Assembly: GCA_036172245.1 (NCBI GenBank)
Contig: JAYWIR010000024.1
Span: forward strand, 1,240,001-1,304,000
Direction of reading: 5' to 3'
Length of the DNA: 64,000 bases
Origin: Raillietiella orientalis
Taxonomy: Eukaryota
Shown: in pieces, positions 22,001 to 35,316 of the stretch
Position numbering within the stretch: the first letter of the stretch is position 1
How the letters are laid out: each line of letters begins with the position of its first letter
Translations under genes and position numbers: made by a program
The notes under the pieces: generated by a model
Databases searched by the model: none
Seen by the model: only the letters and a program-made list of their open reading frames with translations
Told to the model about the DNA's origin: nothing

Positions 22001-25000
22001 CTTTCGCTCCCCCTCTCTCTCTTCCTTCCGCGGCTCAGCATCCGAAGAATCTTCCCAAAGGGAGACCCCACCCTTGCCCTTTTTACGACCCGGCGGCTTG
22101 GAACAGTCGCAGGAGGCGCCGCCGCCGTCTCTTTCCGCTCGCAGCATGCGGGGAAAATCGGGAGGAGGTCAGGTCCGGTCCGGTCTTCAACGCCCGGCCC
22201 GGACCGGATGTCTGCTTGAACAATGAGGGCTGCTGGGCTGCTGCCGCCAAGGAAGATGGTACTGCAGCCACGGTTACCGCATCCTGGGAACTTCTCGAAC
22301 GCCCGTCGCCCTCGCTTTTCCTGCTCATGTTGTCCTCCCCATCCTCTAGTAGGAGGAAAGTGGTCCAATCCTCTCTCTCCCTTTCTCTCCTCCGCGCTTG
22401 TAGCCCGGAAAAGGGCGCTCGAAACTTCCGGGTTACCTGGGAATCCGGTGGAGAGGCCTCACATCTATAGGGGATGCCTATCCGGCTACTGCAAGGAACC
22501 GCCTTTTCGCTTCCCCCTTCCTCTTCCGCTCCTCCCAATTCCTTCCGAGTCCGCGTTCCCCATCACGCGAGAAGAAAGATGGGAAAAGAACATTCTCGAA
22601 AGCTTCCTCGAGGAGGAAGGCTGCACCGCGGTCGACTGCACCTGGCTTCCGGGGAGGGCGAAAGTTTTCGAGTGGCCACGGTCGGCGCTACGGTGGGAAA
22701 AACCCCATCGGCCACGATGTTGCGGCTGAGCAAAGCTTTTCAAGGAGGGCAGAGAAGAGGAAGAACAAAGAACAAGTCCTTCGTTGCCATGAGGAACCGA
22801 CCGGTCGCCCGCGCGGACCTTTTTTCCGCCTGCCGACCGACGGCTGGTCGATGCTCGAGACCTTGAGTGCTGACCTCCGGTCTTCCCCGGCCCCGATCCC
22901 GTCGATCGGCGCGCCTTTTTCCGGTCGAGCTGCGCGAGTGCATGAAGGCGTAGGAGAAGCAAAAGAGGGGAAGGGAAGAACAAACTATTCGACCCCTGTC
23001 CTCCCTTTGCCCCTCTCCCCTTCCTCCTCCTCCTCTCCCCCCCTTTTTTTGTTTTTTTTCGTGTGTTCCCGGACTAGACTTTCAGTGAAAGGCTAGCGGA
23101 AGTTCGCCAACCTTTCGCCGCGAGGTCAAGAGCAAGCAGATCCGGGGCATCCCCGCGAGCAAGGGAAAACCACCCCCTTCTCCTCGGGGGAGCGGGTTCT
23201 TCCGGAGCGACCTCCGCGGTGTTGACGGCGTACACTTTCTCGCGCGAGTAGCGCGTGCTCCTGCGCGCGCGTCTCCGCTCCCGGTTTCCTCCTCTCCCCC
23301 ACCCCACTCCCGAAGGACTCCTCGTCTCTCGGCCTCGAAACAGCGACCTCGGAGGGCGGGCGACGAAACTGGCGACGACGGCCTCGAGCCACCCGGGAAG
23401 CCGAGGGACGGCAGCGGAGAGGGAGGGCGCGCGCGCGCCGCTCTTCTACCGTCGGAGGGGGAGGGGGGGAGGAAGACGCCACGAGCGCGCGCTGTCCTCC
23501 GCACGCTGAGCGCAGACGTCACTCCCACAGATGGGGGACCCCCGCATCCACTGACCTCCGCGCGTGACGGCGGACCGATTGGCATGTTGCTCCGCCCCGC
23601 CCTTTTCGACCAGTGCGGCTCTCTCTCTCTCCCCGGCACGTCCGTTCCCCCGGGTCTTTTTTCTCCTCCTCTAGAAGGAGACAAGTGGCGCAGGACCTCC
23701 GGAAAGTGCCGGCTGATACGCTGGAGGAGAGAAGCGACGGAAGTCTGCTCTGGCCCTCGCCCCTCTCCGATAGAGGAGAAGGCATCCTCCTCCTCCCTTC
23801 CTTCTTCCCTGCCGCTGTAGTCCGGTCCCGCGTCCCCCGGACGCTTTCCCGCACGCGTCCGTCGACTTTTCTGTGTAGCGCTCCTGCTGGATCTGTGGTT
23901 GCGCCTCGTTCTCATTCCCTCCTCTCCCTCATCCCCCCATATTTGGCTCGGCTCCCTCCCCTTTCCTCTATCTTGCGCCGTAGGAAGCTCGCGGGAGAGA
24001 GAACGCCCTTGGAGATCTGCTTTTCGTGCTGCGTCCCCCGACGATCCGTCGAGGAGGCGCATCCTCCTCCGGGATCGATTTCCTGGTCCGTGTCTCCTCG
24101 AGGGAACTTCCAGATGGGAGAATGAAGGGGGGAGGACGGAGCGGCGACTGCAGGGGCTGCGCGAAGAAGAAGAGCTCTTGAGTTTGGTGGTGAAGCGAGT
24201 CGCCACGGGGACCTTTTCCCACGTCCCGGTTCGGCAGCGAGGACGCGTGCGCGCGCTTCTCCCGGGTTTCGCCGCCTCGAATCCGGTGCGCTGTCCGCTC
24301 CCCCCGCCGCTCGAGACTCAAGGGCGAAGTCACGCCGCGAAGACCGCCTGGAGGGAGGAAGGGAAGAGCTCCCGCTTCCATCCGTGGAGGAATCCTCGGC
24401 AACACGATCCGTGGAAGCATCGCATTTGGCCGACCACATCCTGGCGCATCGTGAGGGAAGAAAAGGCTCGCCACTACAACAGTTTTCTCTCTTCTTCCTT
24501 CTTCCGCTTCGGGACCGACACCTCCGCTCGTGAGGAAACCATGGCTACCCTTCAGCGGGAACCGTCCCGCTTCCAAGCTGCAGAGATCAGTCCCCTGCTC
24601 TTCAGCGCCCATGACGGCGACCAGAGGGCAGCCTCTTCGCCAACCGTCGGTTTCTGGGGCTGTCGAAAGAAAAAGAGCGCCTGCGGCAGCTCTGCCCATG
24701 TCCAGCTCTGCCTAGCTTCCAGACCCTTGCGTCCTTCGTCCCGGGCCGGTTCTGCAGGCTTCAGCGGCGGTGAAAGCCGCAAGCGTACAACGCGAGGACC
24801 CGCGATCTCAAGCATCTTGGAACCTGCCCCCGAGCTCTGCGCCCAGCCATGAGGGTGTGAACGCCGCCGCGCGACGAGCAGGTCCGTTCGCTCCGTGGAC
24901 CTCGACCCGTCAGGGAATGGATCGGAGGTGACCAAGCCACCACCGGATATCCTCCGGCGGTAGACGCCGCGCCACCACCAGAGGACAGGACGATGCTGCT

Positions 25001-25887
25001 GCACGCCTCGATGGGAGTCCATCGTGGCGCGAGCGTCCCAGCAATCACGAAGGTCATCGTAAAAGCATCCGTCACGGAAAGTCTATAAATACCAACTGAA
25101 TGGCTCCCGAAAAGGCGGCGGCGTGGCGAACGCCACCTGCGAACAGGACGGGTGGGTGAAACGGATGGGGTGTGTGAGCTTTTCGGGCCGCCTGGAAGGG
25201 CCCTTTCCCACCGCCTCAGATAGTGCCGAAGAAAGATAAATTCTCGCCGCGGATGCCGAAAGACGACGCAGAGTCGCGGCCGGCCGCGCGTGCGTTCTTT
25301 CCGAGCCGCCCCTTCCCAGGGCGAGATCCGAGAGCGGCCATCACCGCAAAGCCCGCTTCCTCCTTGTTCCTCCGAGTCGCGCGAAAGACCCCGCGCGCTC
25401 TCGATGGTCACCACCCGAACGCTGCATACGAAAAACGCGGGGAGTCAGCAGCGCCCTTCCTCGCTCTCTGCAACGCCACGGGGGCAGAGCGGCGCTGCGG
25501 CGACGTGTCTCTTTTCGATGCCACGCATCGCGGGGCACGGAAGAGATGCCGTCCGAGCACACCCGGAGACTTGCAGCAGTACGGAACAGCCGGAGAAGGA
25601 AGGCCCGTCCGTGGCTTCCGCAACCTGGCCGGGAGTTTTTCTCGTCCCTCGCTGCCGAGCCATTCGCCCATTCCCTCGGAATAAATAAGTAAAATCTGTG
25701 CTGTTTGACCGACATGCGCCTACCCGAAACCCTCAGAGGGACTGCCTTCGCTGGGGACGGAACTAGGAAGGAGGGGCCAGGACCGGTAAATAAATTAACT
25801 TCGACATTTTCCACGAGGAGCGACTTTGCATTTGCCTTCCCGTATTGGAGAACTATTGGGCTGATCCCGGAGGTACTGCAACACCGG

Positions 25888-26841
25888 TACTGAAACAATA
25901 GGGACAGCAACGAGCGAGCATCGTGGGAAGTGTCCTGTCTCATCCGAGGCAGGAGAAAACCATTAAAGGCGTGGACGACTCGGGAGCTAGCGGACGCTGC
26001 GACCCCGAGCGTCCCGCCTCAAGGACTTGCGCGCTGGGGCGAGCTGCTCGCAGTACCTCCGGAGGAGATGAAGTGACCCCCAGCGTGTTGGGACAGCGGC
26101 ACCCTTCCGTTGAAGTGGCAGGAGACGGCGTTGCTCTCTTTCCATTGGGGACTTCTAAGCAGAGCACTCCCGTCTCACTGGGCACTGAGGAATGTGGATG
26201 CCCGTTGCATAGATTGCGGCGAAAGGGAACCATGGTTGCGGGATGGTTTCATCCCGCATCTTCTAACAGTGTGTCGCCCTGGTTGGACTTCGGAATCGAC
26301 TTTCGTCTATCCTCCTTATTCCAGTAGGCGACCCTAAGGTCATTTATCGACGCCTCTTTCTGCGTGACGGCCTACGCCCCGCTGCGTCTTTAGCAGTCCT
26401 CTGCTGTGTTCGCGGCATCCTGGCGAGGTGGAACGTTAGAAGAAGAGGCCAGAGAAGCAGAGACGCCATCCACTGGACGACGGTCTTTTTGGAGACCGCG
26501 ACGAGGTGGCGCCTACCACCCAGCATTAAAACAGAACTTGTCAGCATCCTGGATAGGATGCAGAGGACCGACCCAGGCGTCCAGTGATCCCTTCCCTGCC
26601 CTCCCCTCCTCCAAAAAAACATTCCCCTCCCCGTTATCCTTTTTTTTGTTTCTTTTTGTTTGGGTTTCCCCTTCCCCTGCGCCTTAGGAGAGGACCTCGC
26701 CGGTCTTAGCACCGGGTCACGACAATTCTTCAAGCGTGGTAGAACCAAGTGTTCTACCACGACAGAAACTATCTATAGACTTTATTATGTAATTTTGTAA
26801 AAAATTAAAATAATAAATGCCTCGGCATATCCGGGTGATAA
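25888..26841 (+). mobile_element. 5'-truncated L1/Tx1-like LINE (zinc-finger C-terminus plus 3' UTR) with putative target-site duplication
   Basis: HWGLLSRALPSHWAL...CIDCGERE......HLLTVC (26110-26337) fits the zf-RVT CCHC finger of L1/Tx1 ORF2. It is followed by AASLAVLCC...DAIHWTTVF...ELVSILDRMQ, a stop, a T-rich UTR, a hairpin and AATAAA. ACTGCAACACCGG flanks it at 25875-25887 and 26842-26854. Three other copies are in the window. Confidence 0.75.
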
Positions 26842-29360
26842 ACTGCAACACCGGGTCGGTCCGCGACAGGAGAGGAGCAAGCTCCAAGCATCCCGTCCAC
26901 TTCCAAAAAGCAGTTTGATAGACTGGCCACCGGATAGGTGGCGCATCGGATATTAAGCTGATGAGAACCGATTTTTACATAATATTATGTATGAAAAAGA
27001 TGGCTCTGCTGTAAACGAGTGGAGAATGGGATGGACAGTGGCCTCACGGTAATGAACACTATTCCCGAGAACCTGCGTCGAGAAGGACAGGGATGGAGGG
27101 GGCGCGCGCTCATTGGTGTAGGGTTGCCAGTCTGCCCACCATCGTCCGAAGGTTCCTTTGCACCGCACATACCAGATTGGTCGTTCCGTCCCCCTTCGCA
27201 CGCAGGTGATGGCGATCACAAACGGCTCCCCGGAACGATGGCTACACCCCCTTCCTCCATTTTGGCGGTCACCGCTTCTCGCGCGCGGCAAAGGATCTCC
27301 AGGACCGAGCCCACTGGCGATCCTATGTTAAGGAACTCCGTAGAGGAGGTAAAGCATTCCTGCGATGTGCTTCCATTGCCTGAGGCGGACTCCCATATTC
27401 AGAAAGCGGGCGCGGCAGGATTCCCACTACCCCGCTGTTGGCACTTCTCCCGCTGAATCGTGGCGAAGTTCCTCGTTTCAATGAAGCCTCAGTGCACCAC
27501 CAGTAGGATGGGGCGGCCTGCTGACAACTCGGGGGAAAGACGGAGAGCATCGACCAGGATGAAGCCCTAAGCTTTCTACGGGGAATGTCGAGCAAGTCGA
27601 TCCATCTTTGATAACCCTAAAAGGGGAGTCTTTCAGAGTTTCCCGTCGGGCGACGGACGTGATAACCGGCAGCGGTCCGGGACAGGGACCACCTTTTACG
27701 GGAGAGCGCAGTCCTCCTCATCCTACCCATTCAGGAGAGGGTGCATGGCGTCTCGAATAGCCTCGCGCTGAACTCTAGGAAGGAGGCTGGAGTGGCCCTG
27801 GATCTCTTCTGGAGTAACCTTCCCCGAGCGGTCAGTGGTGCTACTGCTGGGGAGGGTCGGACTCCCCAGGCGCCTTCGCGTTTCCAGTAACTCATGGACC
27901 CCGAGCGTCCCTGCTCAGGGGACGGTAGGATGGTCCACTCATGACCGTCCAGCGGCAACGCCAACTGGGAGAAGCAGAGAGAGAGCGCGCAGACATCTCT
28001 CCCGGTGGCTCTTCCTCTCTCGTGGGAAGAACGCGCGAAGAAAGACGGCAACAGCCACAGCCTCACCGCGTGTCTCCTTCTCCTGAGTGGTGCTCGTATC
28101 TGCGCCCCTTAGGGGAGGAAGAGGAGGGAAGTTCGGACCCGCTGTCTGGAGAAGGCGACCGCGCAGAACGACGGATGGGTGGGAGGAGGGGGGAAACGGC
28201 TGCCCTCCCCAAGCAAGCATTTCGGAAGGCCATGCATCCTCGGCAACGTTCTTGCTCCGTCTTGAAGCCGAGTGTTTCGCACTCCCGCGAGGCACGGCGT
28301 TTCCTCTCGGACTCTTCCGAGCGCGTCCGCGACCCTTGGGGAACCCGGCCGGTCGGAAGACCGGGACGACGAGGTCTCTCCCACGCCTGCTGCCGCCCTG
28401 CAGGATCCATGCGAGATGGCACCCTGCTCCGGACCGCTGACCTGCGGCTCCTCCCCATCCACGCACATGCCCGTCACCCTTCCCTCTCTCTTCTTGGCGT
28501 TTCTCGAAGGCGTTTCTGTTAGCACGAGTGAGTGTCGGTGACTCGATGGTCGCGAAACACATTGTCGTGTTCATCGGGAAGCACTCCCTTCCTCCTCTTC
28601 CACCTCTATTGCTCTTCGTCCTTTTCTCTTCCTTTTCCCTCCTTCCTCCTCCTCTTCCCCCTCTTCCTTCCCTCCTCCCTTGTTCATCCTCTCCCTTTCC
28701 TCCTTTCTTCTTCCTCCCGTCCCCCTCCTCCTCTTCCCTTGTTTCTTTTCTCCTCCCGCCTGCCCTCGACAAGGAAAACTTTTTCTTTCTTTTATATATA
28801 CGAAGAAAAAAAAGACAAACGACTACTGGCAACCCTGTTTTTTCTTTTCCTGATACGAGAATTCCTTGCTCTCTCGCGAAGAATAGTCAGAGGGTCCAAG
28901 AAGGCGCCGTGCAGCTGTGTTTCTTTGTACTAAGACTTGTCTCAGCTTCCTGCAAGTGCTGCTGCAGACATCTGCGTGTTTAGTGTTTTTTTCTATTTTT
29001 ATTTTTATTTTTTGCTTCTGATGAAGGAGAAGAGGGTCCGTGGGGAATCAGGAGAGGGGAGAGGGGGAGGGCGAAGCACTGAAAGATTGCGCGCGAAAGG
29101 AAAGGACGGCCACCGAAGAGGAGCCGAACGATCGCCGCAAGGGCGACTCCCCAGCGCTCGCTCCCTTTAGCACTCGTGGAGAAAATTCCATGCGGTGCGA
29201 GAGCGGAGGACTCCCTCACGAAGAAGACCGCGGCCGGGTTCGGGAAGAAAGCAGGGGGGGATGACGACACACGCGGAGGGTCTTGCCGGCTCGCATGCGG
29301 TCAGCAGGAGGAGGGAGGTACACAGATATAAAGAGCCCCTCAGGAAACAACCTGAGGGTT

Positions 29361-30414
29361 GCTGCTCTCTCCGTTGGGCCTGTCGGGGCAGGCGATCCTC
29401 GGGAAAGGACGGGGATCGTTCAGGAAACAGCTCCGCCGCCTGGACCCTGCCCTTCCGTTCCTTCCTTCCCGGCTGCAGACCCCATCCCTGCTACCGGCCG
29501 CTCCCTTCCTTGGCTCTTCAGGCCGCCTTCCCCCGAGCATCCAATCAGCGCCCGTCCACGCTTGGAAATTGCCGTGAGAGCGGCTGTTCTATTTTTAGCT
29601 CCATTCATGCGCAGCGCATTTTTTCTTTTTCCTTTCCTTTTCTTCTGAACAAACAAACGAAAAAAGGAGGAGGAGCAGAACATCCCGGGCGACTTCTTTC
29701 CCCCGAATTGGACAGAGGGAACCCCTCCGTCCCTGGAAAGGGGGCTCTTCGGAGAGGTGCGCCTCTCCCGCGCCCTGCCAGAGCAGAGAGAGCGCGAGGG
29801 ACGCGTCCCGTCGGCGGCGGCGGCCAGCGAACGGCGGCCGACGGGACCCTTCGAGGAAGCCCAGGGCACGGCCGGGCACCTTCGGTCTTCCCTCCTCTCC
29901 GCCGCGGGGAGCGGAAAGGGGCGGGAGAGGGGTAGGGAAGAAGAAAAAAAAAATAACTCTCAGGGGACCGAAACGGGCGGGGCCCGCGACCGGGCGGTCG
30001 CCGCGAACTCCCGAGGATCTCGGGACGGAGAGGCGGCAGCACCGCCCCGGGGCCACGCGTTCCTCTCCGAGGGGGAAGGCGAAAGATCAACAGCGCCTAG
30101 CTCTTGAAGCGCGGGCCGGGGCGGCCCGGAGCGAAAAGGAAAGGAAAAAGAAAAAATGCGCTCCGCACGAATGGAGCCAAAATTAGAACAGCCTCTCTCT
30201 CGGCATTTTCCACGCGTGAACGGGCGCTGATTGGATGCTCGGGGGAAGGCGACCCGAAGAGCCAAGGAAGGGAGCGGCCGGTAGCAGGGATGGGGTCTGC
30301 AGCCGGGAAGGAAGGAACGAAAGGGCAGCGTCCAGGCGGAGGCAGCGTTTCCTGAACGATCCCTGCCCTTTTCCGAGGGTCGCCTGCCCCGACTGGCCCC
30401 ACGAAGAGAGTAGC
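29361..30414. repeat. Inverted repeat, 282-bp arms (29361-29642 / 30133-30414), 490-bp spacer
   Basis: The arms are reverse complements, roughly 85-90% identical by eye, with an identical core of about 63 bp. The ORF track shows matching peptides on opposite strands. Confidence 0.95.
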
Positions 30415-31479
30415 GCCCAGGACTGTCCCCTCTCCCGACTCCTCCCTCGCCGTCTTCGAGCCTCCTCCTCCGTGTTTCCGGAAGTGGGGGGGAAGGAGAG
30501 GAACTTCCTGGGGGACATTCTCATTCCTCACCTCGGTCTCCCGGACGACCCCGCCATTCTTCCTCTCGGAAGGTTCCATGGGATCACCTCGGTTGTTCCC
30601 GCCGCCGCGGGGTGGCAGTGCTGACTTCGAGGCTCGTCCTTAGCCGCCTCGGTCGACCCTCAGCGCCCCTCCCCCCTGCCTCACTCTTGTAGCCCAGCTC
30701 TCCCGACCGGAAGGGCAGGGTGGAAGAAACGCCAGGACACTGCCGCTTCGCAACGCTAGGGGACTGCTCGGGGAGAGAAGCGAGAGGGGGCAGGTTCGTT
30801 CCCTCTGTCCCAGACGCTCTTTCTCCGAGCACCCGGGCAGCTTCGCAGGGGCTCGCATGCGCGACCTGAGTGGGCGGCGGCAGCAGGGAGGGAGAGGAGG
30901 GGGGGAGTAAATCGCATGCCCAGCGAGGGTCGCCTTCGCCGGCTCCTCTACCATCCCGCTGTCGCCGGATGTCTTCTGCGACGGGAGAGTCTACCCCTCC
31001 TTCCAGAGAAAGAGCCGGGAGATTCCGGAAACAATGACGCGCCGACTTCCCTCTTCTTCTTTCGGGCTCAGCGACGCCAGGGAATCCCTGCATTCCAAAA
31101 GCAGGACCCTCTTCCAAAGCCGGACAAACCATGGGAACGCATCCGAGTCCTGGGTGCATCTCCGTGCTTGAGGTTCAGAGGTTCTGCTGCTGCATGGTGG
31201 ACAACGGATCGACAGTCTCATCCACCGATAAGGTCCACAGAATACTCCCTCCCTCCCTTACAAAAAAAAGGCGGTGTGCAGTCGGATAGGAGAGACCCCA
31301 TCGACGGGAAAGTCGCTCCTTGGTCCATGGATGCTGCAGAGTGTGCCTCGCTCATTTTCCTTTTTAGGACCTTCTGGAAAGTATTCGGACTGCCGATGCT
31401 CCCGTGAGCACGAACCGCACGCCTGGAGTCGTTCCCCCTTCGCTGCAAGCAAGGGAGAGGAGAGGAGGGAACTCCCCAT

Positions 31480-33100
31480 GGAAACGAGCGAGCTCGAATC
31501 CTCCTATAAGAACGGCTTGCTTATCGGCCGAGCGCTTTTTGCGTCCAAAGGGTGCTGCCTCCACCAGCAGCTTCGCGGCCACCTCTCCAGAGCGCCGCGG
31601 GCGGCGGGGGAGAGCACGGTGCCTGATCTCCGAGCCTCGCACTCAGAAGCAGCTGCAACCTCCCTGGGGAGGAGAAGGTTCGGTCCACCCTCCCTCCTGC
31701 CTCTGTTCCACGGGGACACCGGCCTCAGTGGATCAGGAAACAGCGCGCGTCTCTTCGCGACCGGTCGTCGCGCAAGCGGCCTCTCCTGCGCATGCGAGGA
31801 AGAGTTCTCGTGGCCACGCACACATACATCCCTTTCCGGTATGAGGGAATACCTCCTAAGACCTACGTGCTAAGCGGCGGGATTACTGCTGCTCCTCTGG
31901 ACTTCGAAAGCTGCCCCCGCACTGGCCCGTTTCTTTGGTCCCTTTTCGACCTTCCGCGAGCCGCAGAAACCAGCTTCCGGACTACCGCCCCACGGGAACT
32001 TCCACGTCGGAGTAAAGAACCTCGACCTCACCCTTGACATCAAGGCGGCATGCAGCTCGGACCAAGCCTCGGGCGGCCTCCCAGGGGAAACCTCCCGTTC
32101 TTCCGCGAGCGAACTACCAAGGCGTGCTGGACCCGTTCGAGCCACGCCGGGACCAAGGGAACCGCAGGGAAAGAGGCTCACGTGGTCTCCGGAACGGTCA
32201 GGGCTGCCAGCTGTCGAACGGCCGACGAGCGGGCTGACACGGAAGCGCTTCGTTTTCGTGCATTCCCGTCCGGGTGCCCCTGGCATTTTCAGAGACGTGT
32301 GGGCGTGTGGTGATGGAAGGTGGGAGGGGGGAGGAAGGAAGAAGTTCTCCTCGGGAGGGATAAAAAATAGAGACCTATTTCAAGAGAGGGAAGTGGGAGG
32401 CGAGCTGACCAGAAGTGAACGCGCCTGCGGGCAAACACACAGAAAAAAAATGCGAGTATGTCCGGTTTCCAAAACGTCAAATTGGGCTTTCTCTTAAAGC
32501 AACTGTCCTCATTGTTGGAATCCCTGTCTTGGATCTCCTGGCGCCCCCCAAAACTGGGACGCCCGTCGAGAGAAGGCACTGGAGTCCTGGGCCGCCACTA
32601 TGAAGCGTGCCCAGAGGAACTGCTGAGGGAACTCCCGAAGAACTCGTTCCCTGTGTGCAGACACTTCCGTGTTCCCGCTTCGCTGGAAACAAGACGTTCT
32701 TCTGTTCTGGACTGAGGACTCCGGTGCAACCGGCTCAGGCACCCGGTTCCCGGGGGAGTTGCCTCCCCGAACTGTTTAAAGGTGCGGGGCACCTCCTGTC
32801 GGACTGCGGGGCCTTGGAGGACATGTGTCGGTGACCAGCCTCGGCGCCTCGCCACCCAGAGGACACCGCGAAGTACTTGCTGCTGCTCTTCGTCACTCAA
32901 GGAGGGCTGACCACGGACGCTGTGATCTCAACGATCTGCTGCGTCCGCGCCATGGTTGGGTGTCCCGCCCTGCGAGCGAGTCTCGTTCACAGAGAAGGGA
33001 GGCCACCAGTATGGAAGCCTCATTGATGAGGACGGCTGCCAGAAGAAGTCTTCAGGGAACTTGCATTCAGCGTCAGCTCCAGAGAAGAAGGAGGGACTGA
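31480..33100 (+). mobile_element. Decayed LINE ORF2 (RT to C-terminal finger), approximate limits
   Basis: In order: EGIPPKTYVLS (GxPQGSVLS-like, about 31845), YQGVLD (YLGVxLD-like, about 32115), and LRT...C.....GHLLSDCGALE (CCHC-like, about 32710-32820). There are many frameshifts. Confidence 0.5.
32099..32472 (+). repeat. Direct duplication, copy 1 (copy 2 at 40987-41345)
   Basis: About 11 mismatches in the first ~220 bp, more gapped afterwards. Confidence 0.95.
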
Positions 33101-33949
33101 AAACCAAAGACGACCCTGTCCCTTAGAAGCCGGTGCTGATTCCCTGGGATCTGGTGCTGATTCCCCTTGAACTGCTTTCCTTTTTGTTTTCTAGTTGCTT
33201 TGCGGCAACTCAGTTCCCACTGACTTGTAGTCTACCTCATTCAAATAAACGGTCCGGCGTTTATTTGAATGAAGTCTTCAGGGAGATCCAAAAAAAAAAA
33301 GAAAAAAGAAAACCCTGCAGGCAATCCCCATGGCATCAACTTGAATTTTCCTTTTCTCTCTTCCAGCCAAACAAAACACGACTGTCCTAAGGCTTCCTGA
33401 AGGAACCAGGGCAGCTCGCGTGGAAAGATCCCGATGAATTCCATCATAGCGAGGCTTCTTTCTCACGGATGTACGGTTTGACTTCCGAAGGACAGCGGCG
33501 CCGACCAGAGGTGCCGAGGCTGCCTCGAAACGGACACCTACAGCTTTGACCATCCAGCACCATCCAGCAGGTGCGCCAGCGTTTCTCCCCGCCACTGAAC
33601 CCTGGAAATTGTCGAGTAATAACGGGAAAACACATGCGTCGCGCACAGATCCCTCCCGAGCCACTGTTATGTGGAACCGTTCCACAGGTCCCACACACCA
33701 CATCCAGCAAGACATTCCTTGGATACCAAGTGGCATCCCCCTTCCCCCCCTACCTCTCGTTCAGAACTCCGCGGACGGTCAAACCATTCCAGAAGCGGTG
33801 TGCGCCCCCTTCCCGTTTCGCCGTCATGACCACACGGGAAGGCCTCTTTTTGCCTGAGGCTGGCAGTTCAGGAGGAAAGAAAGCACGGGACACCGCAACC
33901 AGCAAGATGCCGCTCCCTGTCACCAAGGACGCTCTCTGAAAGTAGGTGA

Positions 33950-34700
33950 CAACAGCGACCTCAGGGTATCAAGCTAGCACGGCTACGTGACCTACTCTGC
34001 ATGAGCTAATCCGTCCCTACGCAAACACAATACAGGGATGGCTCAGGGACTCTGTTGCTTACCCACTTGGGAATGGGCCGTTTGCATTCCAAACAGCAGC
34101 AACGGAGACAGTTCCACACAAGTCGTCTTCAGACGGTGGGCAGGCAGACCGAAGGCAGCATGGTTTTTTGACGACGGTGAACCCGCGGTCTCCGTTGGTC
34201 AGCTGACCCTCGGTAGGCACGTTACAAAGAAGTTCACAGGAGGCTTGAGCGCTCTCCCGATGCAGAGGCTCACGGCTTTTCCTGACGGGAAATTCCGCCA
34301 ACCAGGGCAAAGACACGTCCTGCGTCAGTCGGCACATGGCACTTCTGTCCTGGAGGTGGCGCTAGTTCGCGGATCGCCGCTTTCCGAGCTTGCACTTATT
34401 GCCAGCGGTGCCGACCGTGCGTGCAGGAGATGCGCATCTTAGCAGGGGTCTCTCCAGAGCGTTGCCAACCCGCTGCCAGGCAACGAAACTCGCCCGCCAC
34501 GACGAGCCGAAGGGAAATCCAGGAAAAGAAACTAGCGAGGGCCACGCTGTAGGAGCCCTGGGAACCTGGGACTCGGGAGGCGGTCCCGGAAGAACATCCT
34601 GGACGGTCCTGGAAGATGGGCGGCGGTGACGTGCGACTCTCGACGCCGCGCGCAGCGCTCCCGGGAGATGTGGCGGAGCCGCAGGAACGGGTTCCCCGAA
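33950..34700 (+). mobile_element. Decayed LINE reverse-transcriptase core
   Basis: NTGMAQG/SV..PL (GxPQGSVLSP-like, about 34030), then an F-DD remnant (about 34165), then VQEMRIL.GV (LGV-like, about 34420), in the canonical order. Confidence 0.5.
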
Positions 34701-35316
34701 TGCGAGTCACGAACAAGGAGGAAAACTGCGGGCTTCTCCGGTCTCAATGCTGTGGACGCAGTGGATCCATCAACCCCGGCATTCTTCCACGAAGAATTTC
34801 GCTGCAGCCGCCTGCCGTGTGTCGTTGACGACGAAGAGAAGTTCCACCCTGCCGGCTGGATGCTGTCCTCTCCCTCAAGGAAGAGGGCGCTGCAGCTAAG
34901 GAGACAGCGTTGGCGCGTGTCTATATCTTCTGATCCTGTCTCACTTCCTTCAAGGAGCCTGCTGCCAGCTCTTGCAGCATACTGGCAACCACGGTACCCA
35001 TATCTCTCGAGCCTTCACCCATCGTCGCGAGGAATCAGTGGATAAACTGATTGAAGGACAACAGACCACTGGAAGCACGTTGTTTTCAGTCAACCCACCC
35101 CTCACCCCATAGCAAGTTCCAACCTCCGGTCGGACCTAGACAGAAAGCCTGCTTCACCTTATGCTCCACAGCGCGCATGAGCGCCGCTGGAATGATCCTT
35201 CGATAGCAGCCTCTCTGCTTACTTTGCTTTGCTTTGCTTCTGACGGATTGAATGAAAGGCAAAGTTCGGAGACCGCCTCCCAACTGGAGGGTCTCTCCAC
35301 GTGGTCCTTCTTTGCA

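Noticed and set aside
26710..26857. CACCGGGTC direct repeat as a 9-bp TSD, or the 26735 hairpin as a Helitron end
   Set aside because: There are no TIRs and no CTRR terminus. The segment is homologous to the 3' UTR of the LINE copy at 56.9-57.1 kb.
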